Source of the DNA: Eledone cirrhosa
Taxonomy: Eukaryota
DNA length: 64,000 bases
Assembly: GCA_964016885.1 (NCBI GenBank)
Contig: CAXHJY010000905.1
Location: forward strand, 9,033 to 73,032
Direction of reading: 5' to 3'
Made by a program: the position numbers and the translations under genes. The notes under the pieces were generated by a model, which did not search any database, was not told where the DNA came from, and saw only the letters and a list, made by a program, of their open reading frames with translations. Shown piece after piece: positions 28,574-42,355 of the stretch (its first letter is position 1; every line of letters begins with the position of its first letter).

Positions 28574-28578
<5 letters not shown>
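28472..28578 (+). mobile_element. Family A tail with a tiny foldback (ggaaaaag..ctttttcc)
   Basis: Near identity to 6711-6800; TA-flanked. Confidence 0.8.
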
Positions 28579-28613
<35 letters not shown>

Positions 28614-28833
28614 CACTTATTTTATATAATTTCAGGAGATAATACATTAAAATGAACGAAAATTACAATACTTTATCACCAGCATATAATTATATATATA
28701 TATATAATGTGTGTGTGTGTGTGAATATATATATATCTGTGTGTTTGTGTGTGTGAATATATGTGTCTATGTGTGTGAATATATATATATGTGTGTGTGT
28801 GTGTGTGTATGTATGTGGGTGAATATATATATT

Positions 28834-28883
<50 letters not shown>

Positions 28884-28884
28884 C

Positions 28885-29287
28885 TTACGGCCCTTTATGT
28901 TCTGAGTTTAAATCCCACCCTGGTCAGCTTTGCTTTTCATCCTTACGGAGTCGATAAAGTAAAGTACCAGTAACTCACTGGGGTCGATTTAATTGAACCC
29001 CTATCCCTCCCTGCCACCAAATTGTTGACCTTGAGCTTAAATCAAAAACCATTATCAAGGGTTGGGTGAGGGCGATTCATTGGCAGTATCGGTAGAGGGT
29101 CGGACGCCATGCTTTGCAGCATAGTTACGTCTCTTCATGATCTGAGTTCAAATCCTGCCGAGGTTAACTTTGCCTTTCATCCTTACAGGGTCGATAACAT
29201 AAAATACCAGTCACACACTGGTGTCGATTTAATCGACTTTCCCCTCCCCCAAAATTACTGGCCTTGTGCCTATATCAGAAACCATTT
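28885..29287 (+). mobile_element. Two head-to-tail SINE S1 copies (long subtype; full copy 29070-29287)
   Basis: A/B boxes and the gtcgatttaatcgac hairpin segment. Confidence 0.92.
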
Positions 29288-29841
29288 AGGCCAAAATAAA
29301 TAAATCGGTGACAAACAACCCCCCCAAAAAAACACACGTACGTACACACATCAACACGTCCATACACAATGACAAACACACACACACATTCACACACACT
29401 CACGGCCACTCATTCACTCACACTACTACCACCACAATGCCACTACCACTTAAAAAGTCAATGCTCAAGTCTCGTTTGACCTTCTTGTCTTCTGGTGCTT
29501 GAGACACACGTTCTGCCCTTTCCAAATACAACACGCGCACACGGACATACAGACAGACACACACACACACACAGACATAGACAGACACACACACACACAC
29601 ACACACATACAGACACACAGGCACACACACACCTACATACTGATACACACACATACATATAGACACACATACAGACAGACACACACACACACATAGACAG
29701 ACACACTCACACACACACACACATAGACACATAGACACACACACAGACACACATAGACAGACACACTCACACACACACACACATAGACACATAGACACAC
29801 ACACAGACATAGACAGACACACTCACACACAGACACACATA

Positions 29842-29884
<43 letters not shown>

Positions 29885-30449
29885 ACAGGCACACACACAC
29901 CTACATACTGACACACACACGGACATACAGACAGACACAGACACACAGACATAGACACACACACACACACACACACACATACAGACACACAGGCACACAC
30001 ACACACACACCTACATACAGGCACACACACATACATACAAACATACAGACAAATACACACACAAACATACACACACACACACACACATATACACCACGCA
30101 GACACACACACACACACATATACACCACGCAGACACACACACACACACACACACACATACACCACACAGACATACAGACACACTCACACAGATATACACA
30201 TACGTCTAAACATAGACACACACATATACACTCACAGATACACATAAACATATATACACACATACATATAGACACCCATATAAATATATATATATATATA
30301 TACATACACGCACACACATGCACGTGTATGCACATGTACACTCATATATACACATATACACTCAAGCACACATATACACACAGATACAGACAGACACACA
30401 CACACATGCATACACACGCTCACACAATTGTATGTGATAAATTTCATAA

Positions 30450-30870
30450 ATGATAGTTGTTGTCTTCGTTGTTGTTGCGGCCATTGTTGTTATTGTTGTT
30501 GTTATAGTCGTTATTGTCGTTGTTGTTGTTGTTGGTGGTGTTGTTGGTGTTGTTGGTGTTGTTGTTGATGTTGATGTTGTTATTGTTGATGTTGTTATTG
30601 TTGTTGTTGGTGTTGTTGATGTTATTATTGTTGATGTTGGTGTTGGTGTTGGTGTTGGTTTTGTTGGTGTTGGTGTTGGTGTTATTGTTGATGTTGTTGA
30701 TGTTGTTATTGCTGTTATTATTGTCATTGTTGTTGTCATTGTCATTGTTGTTGTTATTGTTGTTGCTGTAGTCGTTATTGTCGTTGTTGTTGTTATTGAC
30801 AATGTTGTTGTTGTTGTTGGTGTTATTGACAATGTTGTTGTTGTTATTGACATTATTGTTGTTGTTACTA
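30450..30870. repeat. (GTT)n-type trinucleotide tract
   Basis: Direct inspection. Confidence 0.95.
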
Positions 30871-31149
30871 TTTAATTTTTCCTTTCTCCAACCAATTAAC
30901 CTTTTAAATTACTTGAAATTTCTTTCAAGTAAAATGAAGCCCAACGTTTGCTGTTCGTTATTTTGTTATATTAAAATTAATTTTTGAAAATAAAATATCT
31001 TTGGAAGATGGAAAAACAACAAAAAAAAAACCACGGAGAAGAAGAGGCATTTTTGAAATGTCGCGTAATTTAAATTTAAACTATTAAATATATTTGAAAA
31101 CAAACATCTCTCATGCCAGTTTGATGTGTCTTTGAAACATGTGTGCGTT

Positions 31150-31184
<35 letters not shown>

Positions 31185-31425
31185 GTTTATATATATATAT
31201 ATGTTTATATATATATATATGTTTATATATATATATATGTTTATATATATATATATGTTTATATATATATATATGTTTATATATATATATATGTTTATAT
31301 ATATATATGTTTATATATATATGTTTATATATATATGTTTATATATATATATATTTATATATATATATGTTTATATATATATATATGTTTATATATATAT
31401 ATATGTTTATATATATATATATGTT

Positions 31426-31456
<31 letters not shown>

Positions 31457-31567
31457 ATGTTTATATATATATATATGTTTATATATATATATATGTTTAT
31501 ATATATATATATATATATAATAAATATATATACATACATATAAATGTTATATATATAGGTTTGTGTG

Positions 31568-31600
<33 letters not shown>

Positions 31601-32234
31601 GGTTTGTGTGTGTGTGTATATATATAATATATATATATATATATAAATATATATATATAGGTTTGTGTGTGTATATACATATATATATATATACATACAT
31701 ATGTATATATATACATACATATGTATATTATTTCGAGAGCTTTGAAATTATTTAAATGTTAAAGTATTCTTGACCTAACGGAAGCTATATATATATATAT
31801 ATACACACACACATACATACATGCCACTCTCTAACTCTCTCTCCCTCTCTGTATAAGCATGTCCTTACATGGAAAGACAATTTGGTGCAATTAAAATGCT
31901 AAACTTGAAATTATTTTTCTAAAAATCAAATTTCATTAATTTTTTCTACTTGAAAATTTCAAGTTGTTAAACACTAAATCAAAAAAAAAAAAAAAAAAAA
32001 AATTAAACCAAGATATCCCAAATAATCAATTTCTCAACACATGACTGAACATTATTATTATTATTATTAATAATATTAATAATGATTTTGAAGGTCTTTT
32101 GAAGAAATCTCTTACTCCTCATATTAATCACATCCTCTTAATATATTCTCCCTGTCTGAATCCTTCTCTCTCTTTCCATCTCATTCCTTTTCTTCTACCC
32201 TCCAATCTCTCTCTCTCTCTCTCTGTCTCTCTCT

Positions 32235-32283
<49 letters not shown>

Positions 32284-32387
32284 CATACAAACATTTATGC
32301 ACACACACACATACACATATATATATGCGTGTGTGTGTATACATGACATTAATAAGACATTAAATGACACAAAAGATTGTTTTAGAG

Positions 32388-32480
32388 CAGTGATTCTCAA
32401 ACGGGGGGCACTTGGCTCCCAGGGGTGGAATTTCAAATCCCAGCGGTGGAATTTTAGCCAAGGGAGAGGAATTGGGTAGG
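32388..32480 (+). mobile_element. Single hAT/Charlie-like terminus
   Basis: ttttagag|CAGTGATTCTCAAACGGGGGGC; no partner end seen. Confidence 0.55.
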
Positions 32481-32824
32481 AATCCAAACTGGGAAAGAAT
32501 AATGTACATTATGTGCATGTATGTATGTATGTATATACACGTGTGTGTATATATATATATATATGTATATTTATATATATATGTATATATGCGTGTGTGT
32601 ATATATATGTATATTTATATATATGTATATATATATATATATCACATGAAACACCAATATACGCGACTATATTGTGTATATATATCAAATGAAATACCAT
32701 TGTATCAAACTATAAGCAAGATCACGAATTAACAGTTCACAAAAAAGAAAGTATGCTGCTTTAGACATAACCCTCGTTTAAAACTGACTGTTTAATTATT
32801 GAGGTTAGAACTGGTTGTATAATT

Positions 32825-33122
32825 CTCTTTGTCGCTAAACAACGCCAGTTGCAGACTGCGCATTAACATGAGATATCTCTCGCCACAAAGTTCGATCACC
32901 AGCAGCAGAGCTAATATCTTCAAAGAGCAAAGATCAAGTCCAGTCCATGAATTGACATTGTCAAGCCATCGTTTTTGCTACCAGCCTCTGCTTCTCTTAC
33001 CAGCCAACTTTCCTTCCAGGCATTGATTTTTTTTTTTATATGACCGTATAGTTTGAGTACTCTGGACTTGACAATTGATGTAATTGGTCTAAGTTTGGTA
33101 ATGTTGAGCAGCTCTCTGATAC
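32825..33122 (-). mobile_element. RTE-clade LINE 3' end, degenerate
   Basis: Minus strand reads ITSIVKSRVLKLYGHI / CLEGKLAGKRSRGW*QKRWLDNVNSWTGLDL / AAGDRTLWREI. Confidence 0.85.
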
Positions 33123-33129
33123 AGATACA

Positions 33130-33582
33130 GACTGTATAATTATTGAGTTTTAAATCTGACTATAAATATTGAGGTTTAAACCTGACTATAAATATTGAGG
33201 TTTAAACCTGACTATAAATATTGAGGTTTAAATCTGACTATAAATATTGAGGTTTAAACCTGACTATAACTATTGAGGTTAGAACAGGCTGTATAGTTAT
33301 TTAGGTTAGAACTAACTGTATAATTGCTGAAGTTAGAACTGGCTGTATATTTATTGAGGTTAGAACAGGCTGTATATTTATTGAGGTTTGAACTGGCTGT
33401 ATATTTATTGAGGTTAGAACTGGCTGTATATTTATTGAGGTTAGAACTGGCTGTATATTTATTGAGGTTAGAACTAACTGTATAATTGCTGAAGTTAGAA
33501 CAGGCTGTATAGTTATTTAACTTAGAACTAACTGTATAATTGCTGAAGTTAGAACTGGCTGTATATTTATTGAAGTTTGAAA
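33130..33582. repeat. 26-27-bp minisatellite (tattgaggttagaactggctgtatatt)
   Basis: About 17 units; 1-2 more at 32781-32824 on the other side of the RTE fragment. Confidence 0.92.
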
Positions 33583-33873
33583 ATCTTGTGCATATTAATA
33601 TATGGTGCTCGGGTTCAAAATGACTAGATGACAGTTTAAAATAAGGAAGGTATTGAGGAAATCTAAGATGTCAAAGGGATGAATGAGACATGGGTCTCTA
33701 AGAACCAATGAGAATACACAATTATTGAAGGTGGAAAAGTTTGTTATATGGTGATTGGGAGAAGAAATAAAACACGATTCAAAATGGGGATTGAATTAAG
33801 AAAACCAATGTATATAATTGTATGAATTTATTTATATAATTATTTTTTTTAAAATCAACAACGTGTATGTATG

Positions 33874-33920
<47 letters not shown>

Positions 33921-33999
33921 CAAGAAAACGATAAAAAGAGGTACAAAAACAAAAAGTCTTATTACTTTCAAGCTTTATATGGAAAAGAGGAAAGAAAGT

Positions 34000-34031
34000 T
34001 CGACGTGTCGGGCTTTAGCCCTTCTTCAGGA
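34000..34031 (-). ncRNA. Degenerate minimal hammerhead in TA-flanked element 33918-34064
   Basis: Minus strand: tc-CTGAAGA-a-GGGC taaa GCCC-GACA-CG-TC-ga (GAAA changed to GACA). Confidence 0.6.
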
Positions 34032-34786
34032 GGGAGTACAAAAATATTGACAGGATCACAAAGGATATATATATATATATATATAATAAAACGAAAGTAA
34101 ACCCTTAAGATATTGAATAGCGGAAGTAAGGGAGGGAACAGCAGACTCCTCATCCCTGTTTTATTGGAATATTTCAGGTGCACTCCGAGGAAAAAGTGGC
34201 GACGGTATTACCATAGAGAACAGCCAATGACATGCGCTATTATCAGCCACACAACCTTATGGGTCTCCTTCCTCAAGTAGAGGGAGCCCCTCTCGATTTT
34301 GTGGAGGAAAAACAGCAGTTTGGGGACTGAGCAGGACAGCAACCAGCACGGAAAATAAGTTGTTGGTCAAGTCCTGGTGTTTAGCTATCGTATTCACCTC
34401 CGCAATGCGGGCCGTCGTATCAGGGTTTCTGGTCGTTTATACTGCTAGTTGACCTTCTTGAACCCCGAAAGTGTGTAACGTTGAGAGCCGACCAAACAAA
34501 GAGAATTAGACATTGGCAGTCAGGACAATTGGCCAACTCTTATAGATTCTGATCAATTGATTTAGTTTGACAAATAATAGTTTCTCTTTCTGGCAACATT
34601 CCAAGGAATTTGTAAAGGTGGAGCCCCACCTCTTTATAAGCGTTTGGCTTCGTGCCACACGATAGCCTGTCTGTCTGTGTGTCTCACTATCTATCCGTAT
34701 GTCTGTCTGTCTTTGTGCAGGTCTGTTTACTGGCTGCTGGTCCATCAGGTTTCCGTCTGTGTGTCTATTTCGGTTTCCGTCTATCT

Positions 34787-34960
34787 CCACTTCTTTCTTT
34801 CACTTCTTTCTTTCACTTCTTTCTTTCACTTCTTTCTTTCACTTCTTTCTTTCACTTCTTTCTTCCACTTCTTTCTTTCACTTCTTTCTTTCACTTCTTT
34901 CTTCCACTTTTTTCTTCCACTTCTTTCTTTCACTTCTTTCTTTCACTTCTTTCTTTCACT
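34787..34960. repeat. 13-bp pyrimidine repeat (cacttctttcttt)n
   Basis: Direct inspection. Confidence 0.95.
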
Positions 34961-35199
34961 TTTTAATTCACTCTCCCTCTCTTCCTCCGTCTCCCTCTCT
35001 CCCTCCCTCTCCCTTTCCCCTCTCTCCCTCCCCCTCTCTCTCTCCCTCCCCCTCTCTCTCTCCCTTTCTCTCTCTCCCTCCACCCCTCTCTCTCTCTCTC
35101 TCTCCTGTGAGATTTGAACTTTGAATGCAAAATACTTTAACTAATATAGCAAGATATTTTGTGTGTTGCTCTACCAATTCTAGAATTTACAAGTAGAAA

Positions 35200-35760
35200 G
35201 TATATTCTAAAACCCATAACTATAGAGATTTAGTTATATAGTACAGTCTATTAAAATCCACCGCTATAGTGTATATACCATTAAAACCCACCGCTATAGT
35301 GTATATACCATTAAAACCCACCTCTATAGTCTATATACTATTAAAACCCACCTCTATAATGTATTTACCATTAAAACCTACCGGTATATCGAGTAAAGGG
35401 TAAAGGTGAAAGACCCCCTTCGGTCACGAATGACCATGGGATTTGCACATAGAAACCTCTCCTCAGAGACACAAGTCCGAGCAAGGTTAGAGATAGATTG
35501 CATTCCATTAAAATCCATCACAATATACTTATATTCTATTAAAATCTACCGATATAGAGACTATATTTTAATAAAACCTACATATATATTAACTATATTT
35601 TAATAAAACCTAAATATATATAGACTACATTTTAATAAAAACCTTAACTATCGAGCATATTCTATTAAAACTGACCGATATATAGTTTAATATATCAAAA
35701 CCTAACGATATACATAGAGTACAATCTATTATGAGACAGCACCACAGAGTGTATTCTATT
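35200..35760. repeat. Degenerate 30-bp minisatellite interrupted by a retroposon 3' fragment (35393-35490)
   Basis: ttaaaacccaccgctatagtgtatatacca units; the insert begins gtaaagggtaaaggtgaaagacccccttcggtca. Confidence 0.7.
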
Positions 35761-36005
35761 TAAATTCAATATATCATTTATTAAGGTCTAACCAAGCGTC
35801 AATTAAATACACTTTCTTCACAATTATGTATTTGAATGGAGTGGGTTTGACAGTAATAATATTTGTGAGGATTACTTTTGGGGCGTCACTTTTAATGTCA
35901 CGGTTTGACAGGAATTTCACACACATATTAATATAATAATTGTATTTATTGACAGATATAATATCGGATAAACACCTCACTTATGTATTCGTTTGTTGGT
36001 TTGTT

Positions 36006-36051
<46 letters not shown>

Positions 36052-36221
36052 GAGAGAAATATATGTATATAGATATATAAATATATTTATATATATGTAT
36101 ATAGATATATAAATATATTTATAAATATATATAGATATATAAATATATGTATATATATATATATGTACACACACATACTCATATGCTGACATATTCGTAT
36201 ATATGTATAAAAGTAGTGTGC

Positions 36222-36265
<44 letters not shown>

Positions 36266-36393
36266 TGTTACTGTTTAAGACCATCAGCAGAAATTATAAG
36301 GATTTTTTTGCCTTGCAGTTGAACTTTTTCCGTTTCGGTATCGAATGAGAAATAAATCTATTTAATTTGTATCTATTTAATATATATTATATA

Positions 36394-36469
36394 CAGGGTG
36401 TCCCCCAAAATGTATACGCACTTCAACAGTTTTAATCAAAGTATGTATCCATTTTGGGGGGACACCCTG
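36394..36469. mobile_element. 76-bp Tc1/mariner-type MITE
   Basis: TA|CAGGGTGTCCCCCAAAATG..CATTTTGGGGGGACACCCTG|TA. Confidence 0.88.
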
Positions 36470-36471
36470 TA

Positions 36472-37066
36472 TATAGGTGCAGGGATGGTTGAGTTCTTCA
36501 GTTGTTGGTTGTGGGTTCAGTCCCATTGCATGTCACTTTGGGCAAGTGTCTTATACTACAGCTTCTTGACCCCTAAAAGGCAAAGTTGATCTATCATGGC
36601 GGTATTTGATCTCAGAATATACATAAATGGCTGTAACTAAATACTGATTCCAGCAATTACCCAGTGCATTACCGGTACTTTATTTTATGGACCCCGTAAG
36701 GATGAAAGGCAAAGTCAACCTCAATAATAATAATAATGGTTTCTGATTTAGGCACAAGGCCAGCAATTTTTGGAGAGGGGGAAAGTCGATGAACGTAAAG
36801 AGAGATAACTATATGTTGTAAAGCATATTGTTCGACGCTCTACCGACACTTCCAATCCAATAATAATGATTTCTACTATAGGCACAAGGCCAGAAATGTT
36901 GGGGAAGGGCAAGTCGATTAAATCGACCCAGTGCGTGACTGGTATTTTATTTTATCGATCCTGTAAGGATGAAAGGCAAAGCTCACCTCGGCTGGATTTG
37001 AACTCAGAGGGCAAAGGGCCATAACTCTATGCTTCAAAGCATGGTGTCTAACGTTCTACCGATACT
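36472..37066. mobile_element. SINE cluster: diverged CORE-like SINE head (+, 36472-36562) and several S1 pieces (-, 36570-37066)
   Basis: gggttcagtccca..ctttgggcaagtgtctt; S1 motifs separated by (AAT)n. Confidence 0.8.
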
Positions 37067-37386
37067 AAACATAACTTAGTTGATGCCAAGCAGTCTAAGC
37101 TGGAAGCCGTAGAGTAGCCATTATGATGTGCAAGTATTTCTTAATCAATTGAGAGGAAATATTTGCTGATAAACAACTATTTTCAGTAAGTGCTTGGATT
37201 AACCAAGACATCCATTCAGATTTACACGATAAGTGTTCCACCTCACTGTCTCTCTTTCTTATACATACTATATATATATATATTTATATATTTATATATA
37301 TTTATATATATATATATTTATATATATATATATTTATATATATATATATTTATATATATATATATTTATATATATTTATTTATATA

Positions 37387-37431
<45 letters not shown>

Positions 37432-37450
37432 ATTTATATATATATATATT

Positions 37451-37657
<207 letters not shown>

Positions 37658-37676
37658 ATTTATATTTATATATATT

Positions 37677-37707
<31 letters not shown>

Positions 37708-37716
37708 ATTTATATT

Positions 37717-37747
<31 letters not shown>

Positions 37748-37790
37748 ATTTATATATATATATATATTTATATATATATTTATATATATT

Positions 37791-37861
<71 letters not shown>

Positions 37862-37910
37862 ATATTTATATATATATTTATATATATATATATTTATATA
37901 TATATATATT

Positions 37911-37960
<50 letters not shown>

Positions 37961-38126
37961 TATATATATTTATATATATATATATATATTTTTATTTATA
38001 ACAACGTGTATAAATATGTACACGTATCTAATATGTAAGCATGTTAATATCACAGAAAATTGGAACTTCCCAGTAAATTGAACCCTAATTAGAAGACCTA
38101 CATCATCCAATCAACCATAAGGAAAC

Positions 38127-38166
<40 letters not shown>

Positions 38167-38169
<3 letters not shown>

Positions 38170-38775
38170 TGGCTGCCAACTCGTTTTCGAATACGGCCAC
38201 TACTTTATATCCATGTAGGAGAACCCCTACCGATGCGCTGAACGAGTGTGACTTTTTAGTCCAGCCAGAGACTTGAAAACTCTGGTACAAACACTACACT
38301 TGTGACAATTATTGACACATAGTGCTTTACCTTTGGTACCATGTGACGACAAGTGCAGAGAGATCTCCAGATACAAAGCAATGCCTGTGCCATGAAGCTT
38401 TTATAGTGTGCAAAGGCACTGCACAAAGCCAGTCCCACTCTCTTAACCAAGATGATATTTACCAAAAAGAAGAACAAGTCAACATCATTGGATACCATCA
38501 GGGTTGCAGGTGTTATATCAGAGTTTTCCTTCTCCTAGAATTCTACCTTGACAAAGGCTAAGGGGTCATCTCTCCCAGTGATTTTGGATGGCCATTGACT
38601 CTTAAGAGCTCCTTTGCCTTTTGACAGGTTTTGTTTTTAGTCCTGCAGGATGTCCAAAGTCACCCTCCTCACCAAGAAACCTTGGTGGGGTTGCCAGTTT
38701 AGTCGCCAACGACCCGACCATGAGACAGGTTGTACTGGGATACATGTTACCAGTAGCACCAAGTGGTGACCTGAC

Positions 38776-38776
<1 letters not shown>
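38167..38776 (-). mobile_element. RTE-clade LINE 5' region
   Basis: Minus-strand CTAGGAGAAGGAAAACTCTGA (38518-38538), which I recognise as an RTE 5'UTR motif; GC-richer, hairpin-rich 5' end. Confidence 0.65.
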
Positions 38777-38813
<37 letters not shown>

Positions 38814-39534
38814 GCGCGCGCTTGTTTATATAAATGTATTCATGTCGATAAACAGCATATATATACATATTTCTAGATACCACTTATATTTCTGGTGATG
38901 GTGCGCGTGATGTTGATAGTAGTAGTGGTGATGGCGATGGTGGGGAAGTTGATGGTAATGGTGGTGGTGGTGGTGGTGGTGGTGGTGATTTGATGTTGAT
39001 GGTTGTAGTGGTATTGATGGTGGTAGTGATAGGTTTGTTGGAAAAGCTGTTAGTGTCGGTGCTGCTGTCTCGATGTTCAGTTCTATTCATAAAGAATTAA
39101 CACCCGAAAGAAAAACCACACCCTTTCGTCACCAAAGTAAGTGCGAGGGTGATATTTGGACTATTTCTCTCCCCCCCCCCACAACCACCACCCCTGCCTA
39201 CCGATATTTATCATCTTTCAAGTTCATTGCGTGCAAACCTTCAGATATTGGGTCAGTCTAACCACTCTATCTATTATCACAGTCATATATACATAATTTC
39301 GTCTGTATTTATGTAAGCCATCGAAAGGCATAAATTGTTCAGTCTTTATCTTTACCTGTTTTGTAATGTCCCAATGTGTACTGGGACGAATAGTATCAAC
39401 CTTAAAATAACCGAAATAGTAGTGATTTCCAGATGTTGAATGAGGAGATGGGACTGTTCGTTTTTCCGTTTTTTTTTTTCATTGTCCATGTCCTGTGCGG
39501 CCCTGTTTTGAATTCATATTCTAAAGGCGTGTGT

Positions 39535-39911
39535 GTGTAATGCTTTGTGACATTTGTCGTGGTTCTTTCCGTTCTGATTTCAAATTCCGCCGAAGTTAAC
39601 TTTGCTTTTCACCCTTACGGGGTCGATAAAATAAAGTACCAGTCACGCACTGGGGTCGATTTAATCGACTTTCCCCTCTCCCAGAATTGCTGGCCTTAAG
39701 CCTATATAAGAAACCATTATTATGAGAAAGGAGGATCGGCAGTATCGGTAGAGCGTCAGACACAATGCTTTGCAGCACAGTTATGACCCTTTACGTTCTG
39801 AGTTCAAATCCCGCCGAGGTTAGCTTTGCCTTTCATCTTACCGGGTCGATAAAATAAAGTACCAGTAATACACTGGGGTAATTGCTGGCCTTGGGCCTAA
39901 AGTAGGAACAA
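39535..39911 (+). mobile_element. Two head-to-tail SINE S1 copies (long, then short subtype)
   Basis: Conserved motifs. Confidence 0.92.
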
Positions 39912-39924
39912 TTCTTATTTGAAA

Positions 39925-41478
39925 GGAGAGAGAGGTGAGGCGACTGGAGGGGAACAACTGGGACAGGGCTCTTACCCTAGAAATCAGGGCACCGGTGGTT
40001 TTATGGGGTTTTTTTTCCACGAGTGACCCTCGAACGTCTCCTCCCTATCGAGGTACCTCTTTTGTTAATTCATTTTTTAAACATTGTTAAAATTTGTTTA
40101 CACACAAAACCCACACACCAACACATATATACACACACCAACACATATATACACACACCAACACATATATACACACACCAACACATATATACACACACCA
40201 ACACATATATACACACACCAACACATATATACACACACCAACACATATATACACACACACCAACACATATATATACACACACCAACACATATATACACAC
40301 ACCAACACATATATACACACACCAACACATATATACACACACACCAACACATATATACACACACACCAACACATATATACACACACACCAACACATATAT
40401 ACACACACCAACACATATATACACACACCAACATATATACACACACACCAACACATATATACACACACACCAACACATATATACACACACCAACACATAT
40501 ATACACACACCAACACATATATACACACACCAACACATATATACACACACACCAACACATATATACACACACACCAACACATATATACACACACACCAAC
40601 ACATATATACACACACCAACACATATATATACACACCAACACATATATATACACACCAACACATATATATACACACCAACACATATATACACACACCAAC
40701 ACATATATACACACACACCAACACATATATACACACACACCAACACATATATACACACACACCAACACATATATACACACACACCAACACATATATACAC
40801 ACACACCAACACATATATACACACACACCAACACATATATACACACACACCAACACATATATACACACACACCAACACATATATACACACACCAACACAT
40901 ATATACACACACACCAACACATATATACACACACACCAACACATATATACACACACCAACACATATATACACACACCAACACATATATACACACACCAAC
41001 ACATATATACACACACCAACACATATATACACACCAACACATATATACACACACCAACACATATATACACACACACAAACACATATATATACACACACCA
41101 ACACATATACACACACACCAACACATATATACACACACACCAACACATATACACACACACCAACACATATATACACACACCAACACATATATACACACAC
41201 CAACACATATATACACACACTCTGTGTTTTCATCCCGTGTCGTCATAATGTTTTTTCTTGATGTAAACCCTTTTGTGGTTAATAAAGCAATCATTATCAT
41301 TATCATTGTCCTTTACATGTCGGTCTTTGTGACCAATAAATGAAATCATTACTATTATTATTATAATAATAAAAATCTTTACACGCACAAAACCCACATC
41401 GTGTACCGTCCTGTGCCGTCTGTAATGTTTTTCTTAATGTCAGCCTTTGTGGTCAATAAAGAAATTATTATTATTATT
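39925..41478 (+). mobile_element. LINE-like 3'UTR (AATAAA + (ATT)n) split by a minisatellite, plus repeated 3' tips
   Basis: 39940-40115 joined to 41221-41300 aligns by eye with uninterrupted 63295-63532 (ggagggga.caactgg, ttccacgagtgaccctc, aaacccacac). Confidence 0.7.
40112..41220. repeat. 20-22-bp minisatellite (ccaacacatatatacacaca)n, ~53 units
   Basis: Direct inspection. Confidence 0.97.
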
Positions 41479-42063
41479 GTTCTTTGAGTCTGTCATTGAT
41501 GTTATTTAACTGGAAAGTTTGTTGAAATGAATATCAAGCCGCTACCTGCAGCCTCAGATATTCAGGACGTATCGGAGGGGTCTTGCTGTTCCCAGCAAGC
41601 ATGCCTTTTGAAGTGTTCCAAAAAGTGGGGCTGGACTAATCTTCTTTAACCATCCTTGGAAACTCTTTGAGATAGTGCCCAGTGGGCCTATGACAATCGG
41701 GACGACCTTGATTTCATGGCAGTTCCAAATCCTTTTTAACTCCCACTTTAAATCCTGGTATCGGTTAATTTTCTCCCTCTCCTTTTCTTGCACTCTCGTG
41801 TCAAATGGGCAGGCTACATCTACCATCAGGCACGATCTTTTTTCCTTGTCAAAAACCACCAAGTCAGGCCTATTGTGTTCTAATTTCTTTTCCGTCTGTA
41901 TCCTAAAATCCCACAGCACCTTCACCTGATCGTTTTCTATCACCGACTCTGGCTTATGCTCATACCACTTCTCAGAATGTGGTAAAATGTTTACTCTGCA
42001 TAGATGCCAGTGGATCACCCTGCCTATCACATCATGTCTCCAGCCTTTATAGTGAGTCTGGGC
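41479..42063 (-). mobile_element. 5'-truncated R4/Dong-clade non-LTR retrotransposon (restriction-like endonuclease domain 41554-42063 plus 3'UTR)
   Basis: RHDVIGRVIHWHLC..WYEHKPESVIEN..LWDFRIQT..HNRPDLVVFDK..VDVACPFD..EKINRYQDL..VVPIVIG..LQKACLLGTA; flanked by (TAA)n on both sides. Confidence 0.95.
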
Positions 42064-42086
42064 TATTATTATTATTATTATTATTA

Positions 42087-42355
42087 GGTTGACTTTGCCT
42101 TTCATCCTTACGGGGTCGATAACATAAAGTACCAGTAATGCACTGGGTAATTGCTGGCCTTGTGCCTAAAGTAGAAACAATTATTATTAATATTATCACC
42201 ATGATCTGAGTTCAAATCCCGCCGAGGTTAACTTTGCCTTTCATCCTCACGGGGTTGATAAAATAAAGTACCAGTCACGCACTGGAGATGATTTAATCGA
42301 CTTTCCCCTCCCCCAAAATTGCTGGCCTTGTGCCTATATAAGAAACGATTATTAT
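42087..42355 (+). mobile_element. Two truncated SINE S1 copies head-to-tail
   Basis: Conserved motifs and (ATT)n tails. Confidence 0.9.

Noticed and set aside
42064-42105. N-terminus MKGKVNLIIIIIII of the 183-aa ORF
   Set aside because: It derives from the adjacent SINE and (ATT)n tract, not from the retrotransposon protein.
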